NCBI GenBank assembly: GCA_011364925.1
Contig: RDOA01000012.1
Coordinates: 1 to 64,000, forward strand
Reading direction: 5' to 3'
Source of the DNA: Promethearchaeota archaeon
GTDB taxonomy: Archaea > Asgardarchaeota > Lokiarchaeia > Sigyniarchaeales > SOKP01
DNA length: 64,000 bases
The position numbers and the translations under genes are program-made. The first letter of the stretch is position 1. The number at the start of each line of letters is the position of its first letter. The notes under the pieces were generated by a model. The model was not told the DNA's origin. It did no database searches and saw only the letters and a program-made list of their open reading frames with translations. Of this stretch, positions 1 through 9,312 are shown piece by piece.

Positions 1-107
1 GAAGTAATTTCCTCGTTGTCCACATTTTTATAATACAGCTCTTTGTAAAATTTTAATGCATTTTTCATCGGACTATCTGATAAATCGCTCGCTTTATCTT
101 CTGGCAT
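1..107 (-). CDS. N-terminal fragment of a hypothetical protein (runs off the window edge)
   Basis: ATG at 107 opens MPEDKASDLSDSPMKNALKFYKELYYKNVDNEEITS with no stop before position 1. Confidence 0.6.
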   Translation of the reverse strand, partial: MPEDKASDLSDSPMKNALKFYKELYYKNVDNEEIT

Positions 108-267
108 TAATATCTCGACGATTTTAATCTTTTCTTAATTCTTAATATTATTTCTGTGTTTTTAAATGATATGTATATTCTTTAAAATTAATTTTTAGAA
201 ATAATATCTAAAAGCGAGTATTCTGAAGAAGAAGTTGATATTTTAGACTGCTCTGAGATGGTAGGTC

Positions 268-291
268 TTGAGTAAATTTAAATTTCCTCAA
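268..291. promoter_or_regulatory. 24-bp near-perfect palindrome, candidate operator in a divergent promoter region
   Basis: TTGAGtAAATTTAAATTTcCTCAA, one mismatched pair; lies between divergent genes, and an HxlR regulator follows in the downstream operon. Confidence 0.4.
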
Positions 292-456
292 ATTTGAGTA
301 AGCAGTAGTTAATTAAAGTAAGTGTATTTTATTTCACTTAGTGGAAATCAAGCTACTTTGGGCTTTAAATACCATGTTTGTATATTGTAAATTAAGTTTA
401 ATTAAATTACCTAATATAAAAAAACAACCTAATATAATAACCTAAAATAAGGTGAC

Positions 457-1383
457 TTGAAAATGGTAAGCATGTTTGCGAACATGATAATGAAGAAGAT
501 GGAAGTACAAAAGGATTTTATTTTCGATATGAAGAATGTAAAGGAATTTAGAGTAGAATTTGAAAAAATGTTCTTAAAGATGAAGCCTGCTAAAGGTATA
601 GCTCTCGAAGAAATTCGAATAGGAAATATTTCCGCAGAAAAATATTCGAATTCAGAAGACTCAAATTCAAGGGTCATGCTATATTTGCATGGGGGAGGAT
701 ATTTTAGCGGATCCTATATGTCTCACAGAAGGTTCGTATCGATATTGTGCAAGAAGTTACATCTAAATGCATACAGTATAAATTACCGGCTTGCTCCAGA
801 AGATCCATATCCCGCTGGTTTAGATGACGCGTTTTATGCATATAAATGGTTATTGGAAGAGGAATCCATTCCGGCAGAAAGCATAATTATCATGGGTGAT
901 TCTGCTGGAGGGGGGTTGGCCCTGTCATTACTCTATCGAATTAGAATACAAAATATACCTCAACCAAAAGCGGTTATATGTTTGTCTCCTTGGACTGACA
1001 TGAGCTTAACTAGTGAAACTATTAAGACGAAAGTTGATGAAGATGTTTTCTTTAATTTGAAAAATTTAGCAACTAGTGCTATAGCTTATTATCAGAAGGA
1101 GTCTCCCGAAAATCCAGAAATCTCGCCTATTTTTGCTGATTTCAACGGATTTCCCCCGATATTTATACAAGTAGGGACAAGAGAAATGTTACTAAATGAT
1201 TCTTTAATTATTGCAGAAAAAATGAAAAACCAGGGAGTTTCCGTGACTGTTGATATGTGGGAAGGAATGTTTCATGCGTTTCTAATTTTTGCTGCAATTC
1301 CAATTATAGGAAAAATGACACCTGAATTTAAGAAAGCTTTGAAAAATGTCCAGAAGTTCGTAGAGAGTCTTGAGATGGTATAA
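457..1383 (+). CDS. Alpha/beta hydrolase, hormone-sensitive-lipase family esterase
   Basis: HGGG oxyanion motif, YRLAPE, GDSAGG nucleophile elbow, catalytic His in GMFHAF. Confidence 0.92.
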   Translation: MKMVSMFANMIMKKMEVQKDFIFDMKNVKEFRVEFEKMFLKMKPAKGIALEEIRIGNISAEKYSNSEDSNSRVMLYLHGGGYFSGSYMSHRRFVSILCKKLHLNAYSINYRLAPEDPYPAGLDDAFYAYKWLLEEESIPAESIIIMGDSAGGGLALSLLYRIRIQNIPQPKAVICLSPWTDMSLTSETIKTKVDEDVFFNLKNLATSAIAYYQKESPENPEISPIFADFNGFPPIFIQVGTREMLLNDSLIIAEKMKNQGVSVTVDMWEGMFHAFLIFAAIPIIGKMTPEFKKALKNVQKFVESLEMV

Positions 1384-1439
1384 TCAAAAAACAATTTTTT
1401 TATTTTATGAATTATGAGATAGAAAGGAGTTGAGCCTTT

Positions 1440-1913
1440 ATGGAAAAAATGATGAAAGAAATGAGTATTGTATGGAAAGAGATGGGTGAACAAATACCAT
1501 TAATGCGTAAAGCGGTGAGGGAGGGACTTAAAAAAGATTTTGAAGCTTTTTCACATGATGATGCACATATTCAACAAGAATTAGGTTTCTTAAATGAGGC
1601 ATTACAATTTTTACAAAAAAAATGGACGATGGATTTAATATATATCATTAGAATTAAAGGGAAGTCATATTTCAATGATATTCGTCGAGCTTTGCCAGAT
1701 ATAAATTCACGCACGCTTTCGACACGCTTGAAGGAGTTTGAAGAAAATTATATTGTAACTCGAACTGTGAGTTCAGAACCTATTAGAGTCTCTTATGAAC
1801 TTACCAAATTGGGGGAAGGTGTATATGAACTATTACTTCCATTACTTATTTTTTTTGCTCGTGAAAAAATGAAAATAGATCAAAAGAAAAAGAAAGAGGT
1901 GCGTACGTTATGA
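1440..1913 (+). CDS. HxlR-family winged-HTH transcriptional regulator
   Basis: KWT...FNDIRRALPDINSRTLSTRLKEFE...PIRVSYELTKLG. Confidence 0.9.
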   Translation: MEKMMKEMSIVWKEMGEQIPLMRKAVREGLKKDFEAFSHDDAHIQQELGFLNEALQFLQKKWTMDLIYIIRIKGKSYFNDIRRALPDINSRTLSTRLKEFEENYIVTRTVSSEPIRVSYELTKLGEGVYELLLPLLIFFAREKMKIDQKKKKEVRTL

Positions 1914-1940
1914 TTTTAATAATTTTGGCTTATATCTTTT

Positions 1941-2100
1941 CTAGTCTATCACTTCTAATGAGTAGCTTGTCCAACTACTCGCGTTAAATTTAGATCCCCA
2001 CCCACTCTACACATACAAGGGGAAAAAAACTTCATTGTTCCTATTGAAGGAACACTAGATCTATTCGCAAAGCTGGTTGAATCCGGTGTACCAGCAGCTT
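1941..2100. ncRNA. Candidate structured non-coding RNA or cis-element (strand unknown)
   Basis: GC-enriched island with several stems: GAGTAG/CTACTC (1960-1980); TAGATC/GATCTA (1991-2063) enclosing CCCC/GGGG and TGTTCC/GGAACA; GCTGGT/ACCAGC (2072-2095) followed by a T-run. Confidence 0.4.
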
Positions 2101-2237
2101 TATTTTTTTTAAATCTATTACTAAAAAAAATTATCCTAAATTGGAGTTCTCATAAAGATTTTTATATTTTAAACGAATAAAAATTTTAAAATTAAATTAA
2201 AATATTTACAATAGAAAGAAGATTAATTGGTGATTCA

Positions 2238-2930
2238 ATGTTATTTCCACAAAATGAGCTTGACAACATAAAGAGAGAAATGGCTAAATTGAAAAGTGAA
2301 GTAGTGCTGAAATTCTTTACCGATTTCAAAACTCAAGACGATGGTTCGAAGAAAAGGGTGTGTATGGCATGTGAAGGTGCTTATAATCTCTTAAAGACAC
2401 TTGAGGAATTATCAAACGGAAAGTTCAGCGTTGAAGAAATTTCTATTGAAGAAACTCCAGAACAAGCAATAGAATATAAAGTTTCTAGGATTCCCGCTAT
2501 ATTATTCGTGAACGACGATGGTAAGGAAATCGTTCGATATTCCGCATATCCTACTGGATCTGAATTTGTGCCTTTCCTAAACAGTATTCAATATTTCTCT
2601 GGTGTAAGACCTTATTATGCAGACCAAATTCTTACCCACCTTAAGAAAATTGATGAATCAAATATGAAAATTTTCATAACTCCCACATGTCCTTATTGTC
2701 CAGCGACTGTGCCAGTCTTAACTCTATTTGCTATTGTGTCTAAGGGAAAAATTACTGCTGAAGTTATCGATGTTAATTTAAATCCCGATGTAGCAATTAA
2801 GTATGATGTCCAAGGCGTTCCACTTACAGTTGTTAACGAAACTGAAAGAATAGTTGGAATGTTTACTCCACAAGATTTGCTAGACAAACTAACAAAAGGT
2901 CAAAGAGATTTTGGAGGAATGTATGCTTAA
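2238..2930 (+). CDS. Protein disulfide oxidoreductase (two thioredoxin folds, PDO/AhpF-N type)
   Basis: CMAC and CPYC motifs, cis-Pro motifs RIP and GVP. Confidence 0.88.
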   Translation: MLFPQNELDNIKREMAKLKSEVVLKFFTDFKTQDDGSKKRVCMACEGAYNLLKTLEELSNGKFSVEEISIEETPEQAIEYKVSRIPAILFVNDDGKEIVRYSAYPTGSEFVPFLNSIQYFSGVRPYYADQILTHLKKIDESNMKIFITPTCPYCPATVPVLTLFAIVSKGKITAEVIDVNLNPDVAIKYDVQGVPLTVVNETERIVGMFTPQDLLDKLTKGQRDFGGMYA

Positions 2931-2956
2931 TCTATTTATGTAGAGGTATTATAAAA

Positions 2957-3640
2957 ATGTCTCAGGATGATAAATATAAAGAAATTATTAGAAAAGAGAT
3001 GACTAAACTCACTAAACCTGTGAGGATTAAGGTTTTTACTTCCCAACGTACAGAAACTAATGGAACTAAAATAAGAGCTTGCATGGATTGTGGACAATTT
3101 ATGGCTCTTTTAAGAATTTACGAAGAAAATTCTAATGGATTGCTGACAGTAGAAGAATTATCAATAGATAATAATCCCGAATTTGCTAGGCGTTACGACA
3201 TTCAAAGAGTACCAACCATTTTGTTTGTAGATAACGAAGGGAGAGAATTAATCCGTTATTTAGCAGCTCCAAAGGGAGGTGAAATCCAACCGTTTGTCCA
3301 AGCACTCTTTACATTTGCCGGCGCTCCCAATTATTATGAGGCTACAATAAAGCAAAATCTTGACCGTATTCAACCCTCAACTATTAAAATAATGATAACA
3401 GAGACGTGTCCATATTGTCCAAGTGTTGTTACCACTGCGTCTCAGTTTGCGCTTGCTTCTGGAGGAAAGATTAGAACGGTGGTAATAGATATTCAAGCAA
3501 ACCCCGATATAGGGCAATATTATGACGCTGCAGGTGTGCCATATACTATCATTAACGATAGAAAAACTCTCGTTGGTATGGTAGGGGCAAGTGAAATACT
3601 AAGGGCTCTTATTGGAGGAAATATAAGGGTACAATACTAA
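2957..3640 (+). CDS. Protein disulfide oxidoreductase paralog 2
   Basis: CMDC and CPYC motifs, RVP and GVP. Confidence 0.88.
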   Translation: MSQDDKYKEIIRKEMTKLTKPVRIKVFTSQRTETNGTKIRACMDCGQFMALLRIYEENSNGLLTVEELSIDNNPEFARRYDIQRVPTILFVDNEGRELIRYLAAPKGGEIQPFVQALFTFAGAPNYYEATIKQNLDRIQPSTIKIMITETCPYCPSVVTTASQFALASGGKIRTVVIDIQANPDIGQYYDAAGVPYTIINDRKTLVGMVGASEILRALIGGNIRVQY

Positions 3641-3697
3641 ATTAACACTCAAATTTCGAATACTTAACGCTATAATTTAATTTTAACTCAAGAGCTT

Positions 3698-4363
3698 GTG
3701 AAAAACTTGACAATATCGAATGTTTATAAAAGAATGATTCAGGTAGAGGCGAAAAAATTAACCAACTCTGTAAATTTGAAGATTTTTACTACCTCGACCA
3801 ACCTTCAAGAATCTGTAAAAATGTTAGAAGTTATGGAGATTTACAAGAAGGCAACTAATGGGTTAATTAAAACTGAAGAGTATAGATTTGAGACTAATTC
3901 TGAACTCGCTAAAAAGTATAATATTCAACAAGCTCCCGCGATTTTGTTAGTAAATTCTGAGGATGACCCAATAATTCGTTATTTAGCAGTACCATCAGCT
4001 GCAAAAATTCAACCATTCGTAGAAACATTGAAAGTATTTACCGGAGCTCCAAATTATTATGAAAATGCTATAAAAGAAAAGTTGGATAAAATTAATCCTT
4101 CTGTTATAAAACTATTAATAACTGATTATTGTGCGTATTGCTCTACTATTATTTCAATATGTAGTTTGTTCACATTAGCGTCCGAGGGAAAATTACAAAC
4201 TGATATTATTGACATCATGACTTTTCCGGAAATTGGTGAACAATATGAAGTTACAACCGTTCCAACTTTAGTTATTAATGAAGACAAGATTATAGTAGGT
4301 AATGTTAACGCTGAAGAACTTCTATATGAAATTTTAAATAAATCTATACGAATAAAAAATTAA
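3698..4363 (+). CDS. Protein disulfide oxidoreductase paralog 3 (N-terminal CxxC lost)
   Basis: Colinear with paralog 2 (IRYLA.P...IQPFV...GAPNYYE); only CAYC retained. Confidence 0.82.
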   Translation: MKNLTISNVYKRMIQVEAKKLTNSVNLKIFTTSTNLQESVKMLEVMEIYKKATNGLIKTEEYRFETNSELAKKYNIQQAPAILLVNSEDDPIIRYLAVPSAAKIQPFVETLKVFTGAPNYYENAIKEKLDKINPSVIKLLITDYCAYCSTIISICSLFTLASEGKLQTDIIDIMTFPEIGEQYEVTTVPTLVINEDKIIVGNVNAEELLYEILNKSIRIKN

Positions 4364-4397
4364 TAAGATTAAACATTACTCTTTGGTGGATTAAAAG

Positions 4398-5342
4398 ATG
4401 TTCAATATCGATATGGAAGGTATTAACGCTGAGAAGACTTACGATCTTATCGTACTAGGTGGTGGACCAACTGCAATTGGTTGCGCTATCTATGCTGCCC
4501 GATTTGCGATGGATGTATTAATTATTGGGAAGGTATTTGGAGGTTTAATTGCAACAACTCATGTTGTCGAAAATTATCCTGGAATCACCTCTACAAGCGG
4601 TCAGGGATTAATGGAAATGTTTAAGGACCACCTGAATTCCTTAAGTATTCCCTACATTTCAGATGAGATTAGGAGTATAGAGCGAATAGATGATCATTTT
4701 GTTCTGCATTCGTTTTTTCAAAAGTTCAAAGCAAAAAGTGTAGTCATCGCCACTGGATCTGAAAGGAAGAAGCTAGGAATTCCTGGTGAGGAAGAATTTT
4801 CCGGAAGAGGAGTTTCTTACTGTGCTACATGCGATGGTCCCTTTTATAAAGATAAAAGAGTATGTGTGATAGGTGGAAGTGATTCTGCAGCAAAAGAGGC
4901 TCTATTTTTATCTCAAAATGTTAAAAAAGTCTTCATTGTTTATCGGGGTGAAGAAATACGAGCAGAACCAATTAATAAAAAAAGGGTTGAAGATAACGAA
5001 AAGATCGAAATCATCTATAAAACCAATATTACAGAAATTAAAGGCGATAACAATGTCAAATCTGTGATTTTCGATAATGGTAAGGAATTTGAAATTGATG
5101 GAGTGTTTATCGAAGTAGGATCTAACCCTAATTCTGGTTTAGCCAAAAGAATAGGAGTTAAAACAAATGAGAAAGATGAAATTATAATTAATAGGAAGTC
5201 AGAAACAAATGTTGCTGGAATCTTTGCTGCTGGCGATGTTGCAGACGCACCATTTAAACAAGCCATAACCGGAGTAGCAGAAGGAGTAATAGCCGCCTAT
5301 TCAGCCTTTGATTACGTTAAAGAAATTAACATTGAATACTAG
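4398..5342 (+). CDS. trxB: Thioredoxin reductase
   Basis: GGGP FAD motif, ENYPG, GRGVSYCATCDG, GGSDSA, FAAGD. Confidence 0.93.
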   Translation: MFNIDMEGINAEKTYDLIVLGGGPTAIGCAIYAARFAMDVLIIGKVFGGLIATTHVVENYPGITSTSGQGLMEMFKDHLNSLSIPYISDEIRSIERIDDHFVLHSFFQKFKAKSVVIATGSERKKLGIPGEEEFSGRGVSYCATCDGPFYKDKRVCVIGGSDSAAKEALFLSQNVKKVFIVYRGEEIRAEPINKKRVEDNEKIEIIYKTNITEIKGDNNVKSVIFDNGKEFEIDGVFIEVGSNPNSGLAKRIGVKTNEKDEIIINRKSETNVAGIFAAGDVADAPFKQAITGVAEGVIAAYSAFDYVKEINIEY

Positions 5343-5443
5343 TATGGTCAGCTTTCACTAAAATGTTAATCTTTATATCTTACTAAAAAAAGGCTAATAA
5401 ATATAAAACAAAGAAATTTAATTTTTATTAGGAATGGCAAATA

Positions 5444-5761
5444 ATGAGTAAGAAAATTATGGAAGAAGAATCTCCAAGGCCTCAAATTGTAAGAATGGAC
5501 CAAGTTTTTGCTGTCGGTGGGACATTTGAAGATCCTTCAGAGTTTACGCGTAAGGTTAATAAAAACTTAGTAATTTTGAATCAAAGTGATAGGAATTGTA
5601 AGATAAAAGATATAAAATTTAATGCTTTTACCGATCCTCGCTATTCTATGGCTGGTCCTATTTTACTCGCGTTTATTATTGCAGAAGTTGATGTCGATAT
5701 CACTGCTGAATTAGAGGATACGAGTAAGCAGAAAAAAAAGAAAAAGAAAAAACGTCACTAA
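5444..5761 (+). CDS. Small hypothetical protein with poly-Lys C-terminus
   Basis: Clean 105-aa ORF ending KQKKKKKKKRH. Confidence 0.65.
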   Translation: MSKKIMEEESPRPQIVRMDQVFAVGGTFEDPSEFTRKVNKNLVILNQSDRNCKIKDIKFNAFTDPRYSMAGPILLAFIIAEVDVDITAELEDTSKQKKKKKKKRH

Positions 5762-5787
5762 ACACCTTTTTCCAATAAAATTATCAC

Positions 5788-6456
5788 TTAGAAGTCTCCA
5801 AGAGGGATAAGACCGTTATAAAAAATTGTTTTACCATCAAAACTGAGTTGTACTACATTTATATCTATTTTTCTCAGTCTAGCTTCAGATAATTTGTTTG
5901 CAAATTTAAGATCAGTATTAAAGTTAGGTTTAAATTTTGAAGCTTTGCGAAATACCAAAAAAAGAAGCATTCCGTTGTTGTCAATAATTTCCTGTACGTG
6001 TCGAGTTCCACGTTCAGTAGGAGCGTCAGGAAATAAAGCTAAATCTCCCTTTACAAGGGTAACTCCCTTAACTTCCAAAGGAATGCCATCCAATACAAAA
6101 TCTATCCTGCTTTTCCCAATCCGCACTTCTTTTCTTATATTCTTTGCGTTCTTAGTTTTAGAGAGTAGTGGAAAAACCCTCAAAGCGATTTCAGAATGAA
6201 TGGATGTATCTATAATTACCCACTCCTCTCGAAACTTTACTGCTTTAACATAATAGTCGAGTTTACCACGAGAATCAGTGAATAGAATGTCTCTTCCTCT
6301 AACTAATAATTCCGTTAATCTCCCAGGATCGTGAATGTGAGCTAAATTTATCTCATGATTATATCTAATTTCGCTCACAAACCTATTTGGACGAGTCAAA
6401 AACACTCCTTTTTTGAGATTTGGAAGTTGAATAAGCGGTATCTTGCTTTTTTGCAT
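5788..6456 (-). CDS. sfsA: SfsA family nuclease (sugar fermentation stimulation protein)
   Basis: RPNRF, HIHDPGRL, SRIDF, EVKGVTL, FPDAPTERG. Confidence 0.93.
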   Translation of the reverse strand: MQKSKIPLIQLPNLKKGVFLTRPNRFVSEIRYNHEINLAHIHDPGRLTELLVRGRDILFTDSRGKLDYYVKAVKFREEWVIIDTSIHSEIALRVFPLLSKTKNAKNIRKEVRIGKSRIDFVLDGIPLEVKGVTLVKGDLALFPDAPTERGTRHVQEIIDNNGMLLFLVFRKASKFKPNFNTDLKFANKLSEARLRKIDINVVQLSFDGKTIFYNGLIPLGDF

Positions 6457-6573
6457 TCAAAACTACTAAAAATGGGATTTATTTAATTAAATTTATTTAT
6501 ATTTGATTTAAATACATTTCATTATATAATATAAACTATAGAGATAAATGGAGTTTCTTATTAAACTAATATA

Positions 6574-6813
6574 ATGAGTGATAAAGCTGATAAAAGCAAT
6601 ATTGTTAACTATAAATTTCATCACGTGGATATAAGCAAGTGTAAAAGATGCAAAGCTTTTTCGTGTGAAGACGCATGCTTTAGAGGAATTTATGAAGTTT
6701 TAAATAAAGATACTGAACCTATGTGTGTTGTAGTAGAAGATCGAGAAGATAATTGTGTTAAATGTCATATTTGTACAACAGCATGCAAATTAAAAGCAAT
6801 TACTATAGACTGA
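6574..6813 (+). CDS. 4Fe-4S dicluster ferredoxin
   Basis: CKRCKAFSCEDAC and CVKCHICTTAC. Confidence 0.88.
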   Translation: MSDKADKSNIVNYKFHHVDISKCKRCKAFSCEDACFRGIYEVLNKDTEPMCVVVEDREDNCVKCHICTTACKLKAITID

Positions 6814-6920
6814 ATTTTGGTTGAGTAAACTTTTTCCACAATTTATAAAATATAAGTATATTTTTAATTTGTAAAATCATTATCTAAATATAGGATTAAA
6901 ATTAGTTATGGAAATTAGTT

Positions 6921-7472
6921 ATGATTTCGGATAGATTAAAGCTTGATGATATTGATCGTAGAATAATTACTTTAGTGCAAGAAGACCCAAACCTTACTCA
7001 TACCCAAATTGCAGAAAAAATTAATAGATCACAACCAACCGTAGGGATGAGAATAAAAAAGCTCGAAAAGGAAGGAATCCTCCAATTCCAACCAGGTATT
7101 AACTTCCGCAAGGTAGACTTGTACCTCTCAACTGTGGAGCTAAATACTAAACAACCAAACGAGATTCTCGAAATGGCTAAATTCTGCCCTTTCATGCTAA
7201 ACGCGTTCCGGTTAAGTGGATCTCACAATATATGCATTTTACTTGCAAGTTCTAAGCTTGATAAATTAGATAATATCGTTAATTATCATTTTAGAAGCAA
7301 CCCTGATGTACAAAGCGTTTCAATGAATATGATAACTGAAATCGCAAAGGATTTCATACTCCCAGTAGATTTCGATAGTGAAGACCACAATCCTACGCTT
7401 GAATCGGGATGTGGCGAAAAATGTAAGTTTAAATTGGCTAAACGGAAAGGATTGGTCAATAAAGTAGAATAA
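6921..7472 (+). CDS. Lrp/AsnC family regulator with Cys-containing tail
   Basis: LDDIDRRII..., HTH IAEKINRSQPTVGMRIKKLEKEG, RAM domain, C-terminal CGEKC. Confidence 0.9.
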   Translation: MISDRLKLDDIDRRIITLVQEDPNLTHTQIAEKINRSQPTVGMRIKKLEKEGILQFQPGINFRKVDLYLSTVELNTKQPNEILEMAKFCPFMLNAFRLSGSHNICILLASSKLDKLDNIVNYHFRSNPDVQSVSMNMITEIAKDFILPVDFDSEDHNPTLESGCGEKCKFKLAKRKGLVNKVE

Positions 7473-7482
7473 AAAATCTTTT

Positions 7483-8052
7483 TTAGCTTTCTTCTTCGCT
7501 TATATCGAATTTATATTTAGGCTGGTTTATATTCATATTGCAATCAGGGCCGCAGATATTTGAATGGTAATCGAACTTCTCTATTTGGAAATCAATTGGA
7601 ACAACAAAGTCATGAACAGATTCAATTAAAATATTTGTTTTAACATTTATTACATTTGGATCCTTTCTAAAGCATAGATCTACCAATTTTTCTATGGTTT
7701 GAAGATCTGAAGCTGCAATAAAGCATAACAAATTAAACTCTCCAGATATTTTGAAAGCGTGATTAATGAAAGGACATCTTTCTATCTTTCCGACAATAGT
7801 TTCTACATCCTTAGTCGCGACGAAGACGATAGCTACTTTAATATCAACTTTTTTAATGTTGAATCCAACTTGTTTGGTAAGAAGATGTTTTCTTTCCAGT
7901 TTGATAATTCTCGCACCAACCGCAGGTTGAGATTTTTCAATTTCTCTTGCTATATCGCTATGAGTAACAGATGGATCTTTTTCTAGCATTTCTATAATTT
8001 TATAATCGTCATCATCAATTCCTAATATTTCCTTAAAAGTTTTTTTGATCAT
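7483..8052 (-). CDS. Lrp/AsnC family regulator, convergent paralog
   Basis: IDDDDYKII..., IAREIEKSQPAVGARIIKLE, ISGEFNLL, C-terminal CGPDC. Confidence 0.9.
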   Translation of the reverse strand: MIKKTFKEILGIDDDDYKIIEMLEKDPSVTHSDIAREIEKSQPAVGARIIKLERKHLLTKQVGFNIKKVDIKVAIVFVATKDVETIVGKIERCPFINHAFKISGEFNLLCFIAASDLQTIEKLVDLCFRKDPNVINVKTNILIESVHDFVVPIDFQIEKFDYHSNICGPDCNMNINQPKYKFDISEEES

Positions 8053-8292
8053 GATTCCACACTTTATAATTCTTACTTTCTCAGTATTTCAAATATATCT
8101 CTACCAAATATTTCAAAATTAGATAATAATATAAATCTATACTTGATAGCTTTAAAATTTTTAAAATTTAGAGTTAAAAAAAATAACAATTTAATAACAT
8201 TTATTTTCCAATTATAAAAATGATGTATAAAAGGAGCTTTATAACTTTAATTTTCTATAGATTCAAGATTTAGTGTTTATTAGACTCAAAAC

Positions 8293-8347
8293 AAACTCTT
8301 AACGATATTTATTGCATATCATTAAACTCTTAAAGATATTTATTGCA
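8293..8347 (+). repeat. 24-bp direct repeat, 31-bp period
   Basis: AAACTCTTAAcGATATTTATTGCA (8293-8316) and AAACTCTTAAaGATATTTATTGCA (8324-8347). Confidence 0.85.
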
Positions 8348-8391
8348 ATGTTTAATAAGAAACGCATTTTTAGGATTCATGGTGAGAATCG

Positions 8392-9309
8392 ATTAAATTT
8401 CTTATTATCACATCAGAAGAAGATAAAGCATCTATGAATATGCGAGGGATTCTTTTGGATTCTAAAAAGTACTCGAATACAGAAATAGATTTAGTTTGGG
8501 ATGGAAATCCAGTACTTGTATTAGATGCCGTCTCAGCTGAAAAACAGAACGAAGAATATTTAAAACAAAACCAAATCTATTTAGCTTTGACTTCAAAACC
8601 ATTAATTTTCTTAGATGAATTTAATATTGTTAAAAGTAGACTAAATCCAGATTTAATCATATTCGCTAGCAGACATAGTTCAGCTACAGCAAAACCGGCA
8701 TTCTTAGTACATACTACCGGAAACTGGAGTAGTAATAATGAGTTTGGAGGCAACCCTAAGGATTTATCCAAGACGAGTGCGCTACTTCATAAAGCTGGTT
8801 TTCATTCTTTAGAGAGGCAAATTAAGAAATATAATTTTGCAAAGTTTTCAGTAGATATTGAAGTAACTCATCATGGCCCAACAACTTTAGATGTTCCGTT
8901 AATTTTCATGGAATTAGGAAGTAGTAAACAAGAATGGATAATAAAAGAAGCGGGAGAACTGGTAGCTAACGCAATAATCAATACAGTATTTAAATATCTA
9001 GATTTTAAGAAGCAGGATAATCAACAAGTTGCTTTAGGATTTGGCGGAGCTCACTATGCTCCTAACTTTAAGAGGTTATTAACTAACAATAGTATCGCGT
9101 TATCATTTATTTGCCCTAAATATTACATCCGAGAATTAAACGAGGAGCTAATTAAACAGATGATTAGGAACACATTAGAAGAAATTGATTATTTCATAGT
9201 AGATTGGAAAGGCACTAATTCTGTAGATAAAAAACAATTGATTCCATTACTGGAGAAATTTGATATTCCAATTAAAAAAACGAGAGATTTTTCAAACATA
9301 TCAACTTGA
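8392..9309 (+). CDS. dtdA: Archaeal D-aminoacyl-tRNA deacylase (DTD2/GEK1 family); probable ATT start at 8392 (ORF track start 8434)
   Basis: FASRHSS, VHTTGN, EVTHHGPT, FMELGS, GFGGAHYAP; in-frame upstream IKFLIITSEEDKAS matches the family N-terminus; GGTGA at 8381-8385. Confidence 0.9.
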   Translation: MKFLIITSEEDKASMNMRGILLDSKKYSNTEIDLVWDGNPVLVLDAVSAEKQNEEYLKQNQIYLALTSKPLIFLDEFNIVKSRLNPDLIIFASRHSSATAKPAFLVHTTGNWSSNNEFGGNPKDLSKTSALLHKAGFHSLERQIKKYNFAKFSVDIEVTHHGPTTLDVPLIFMELGSSKQEWIIKEAGELVANAIINTVFKYLDFKKQDNQQVALGFGGAHYAPNFKRLLTNNSIALSFICPKYYIRELNEELIKQMIRNTLEEIDYFIVDWKGTNSVDKKQLIPLLEKFDIPIKKTRDFSNIST

Positions 9310-9312
9310 ATA

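Noticed and set aside
1941-2100. tRNA or 5S rRNA
   Set aside because: No cloverleaf, T-loop or D-loop consensus and no 5S motifs recognised on either strand
8293-8347. Direct repeat as a mini-CRISPR
   Set aside because: Only two copies with a 7-bp gap and no cas genes
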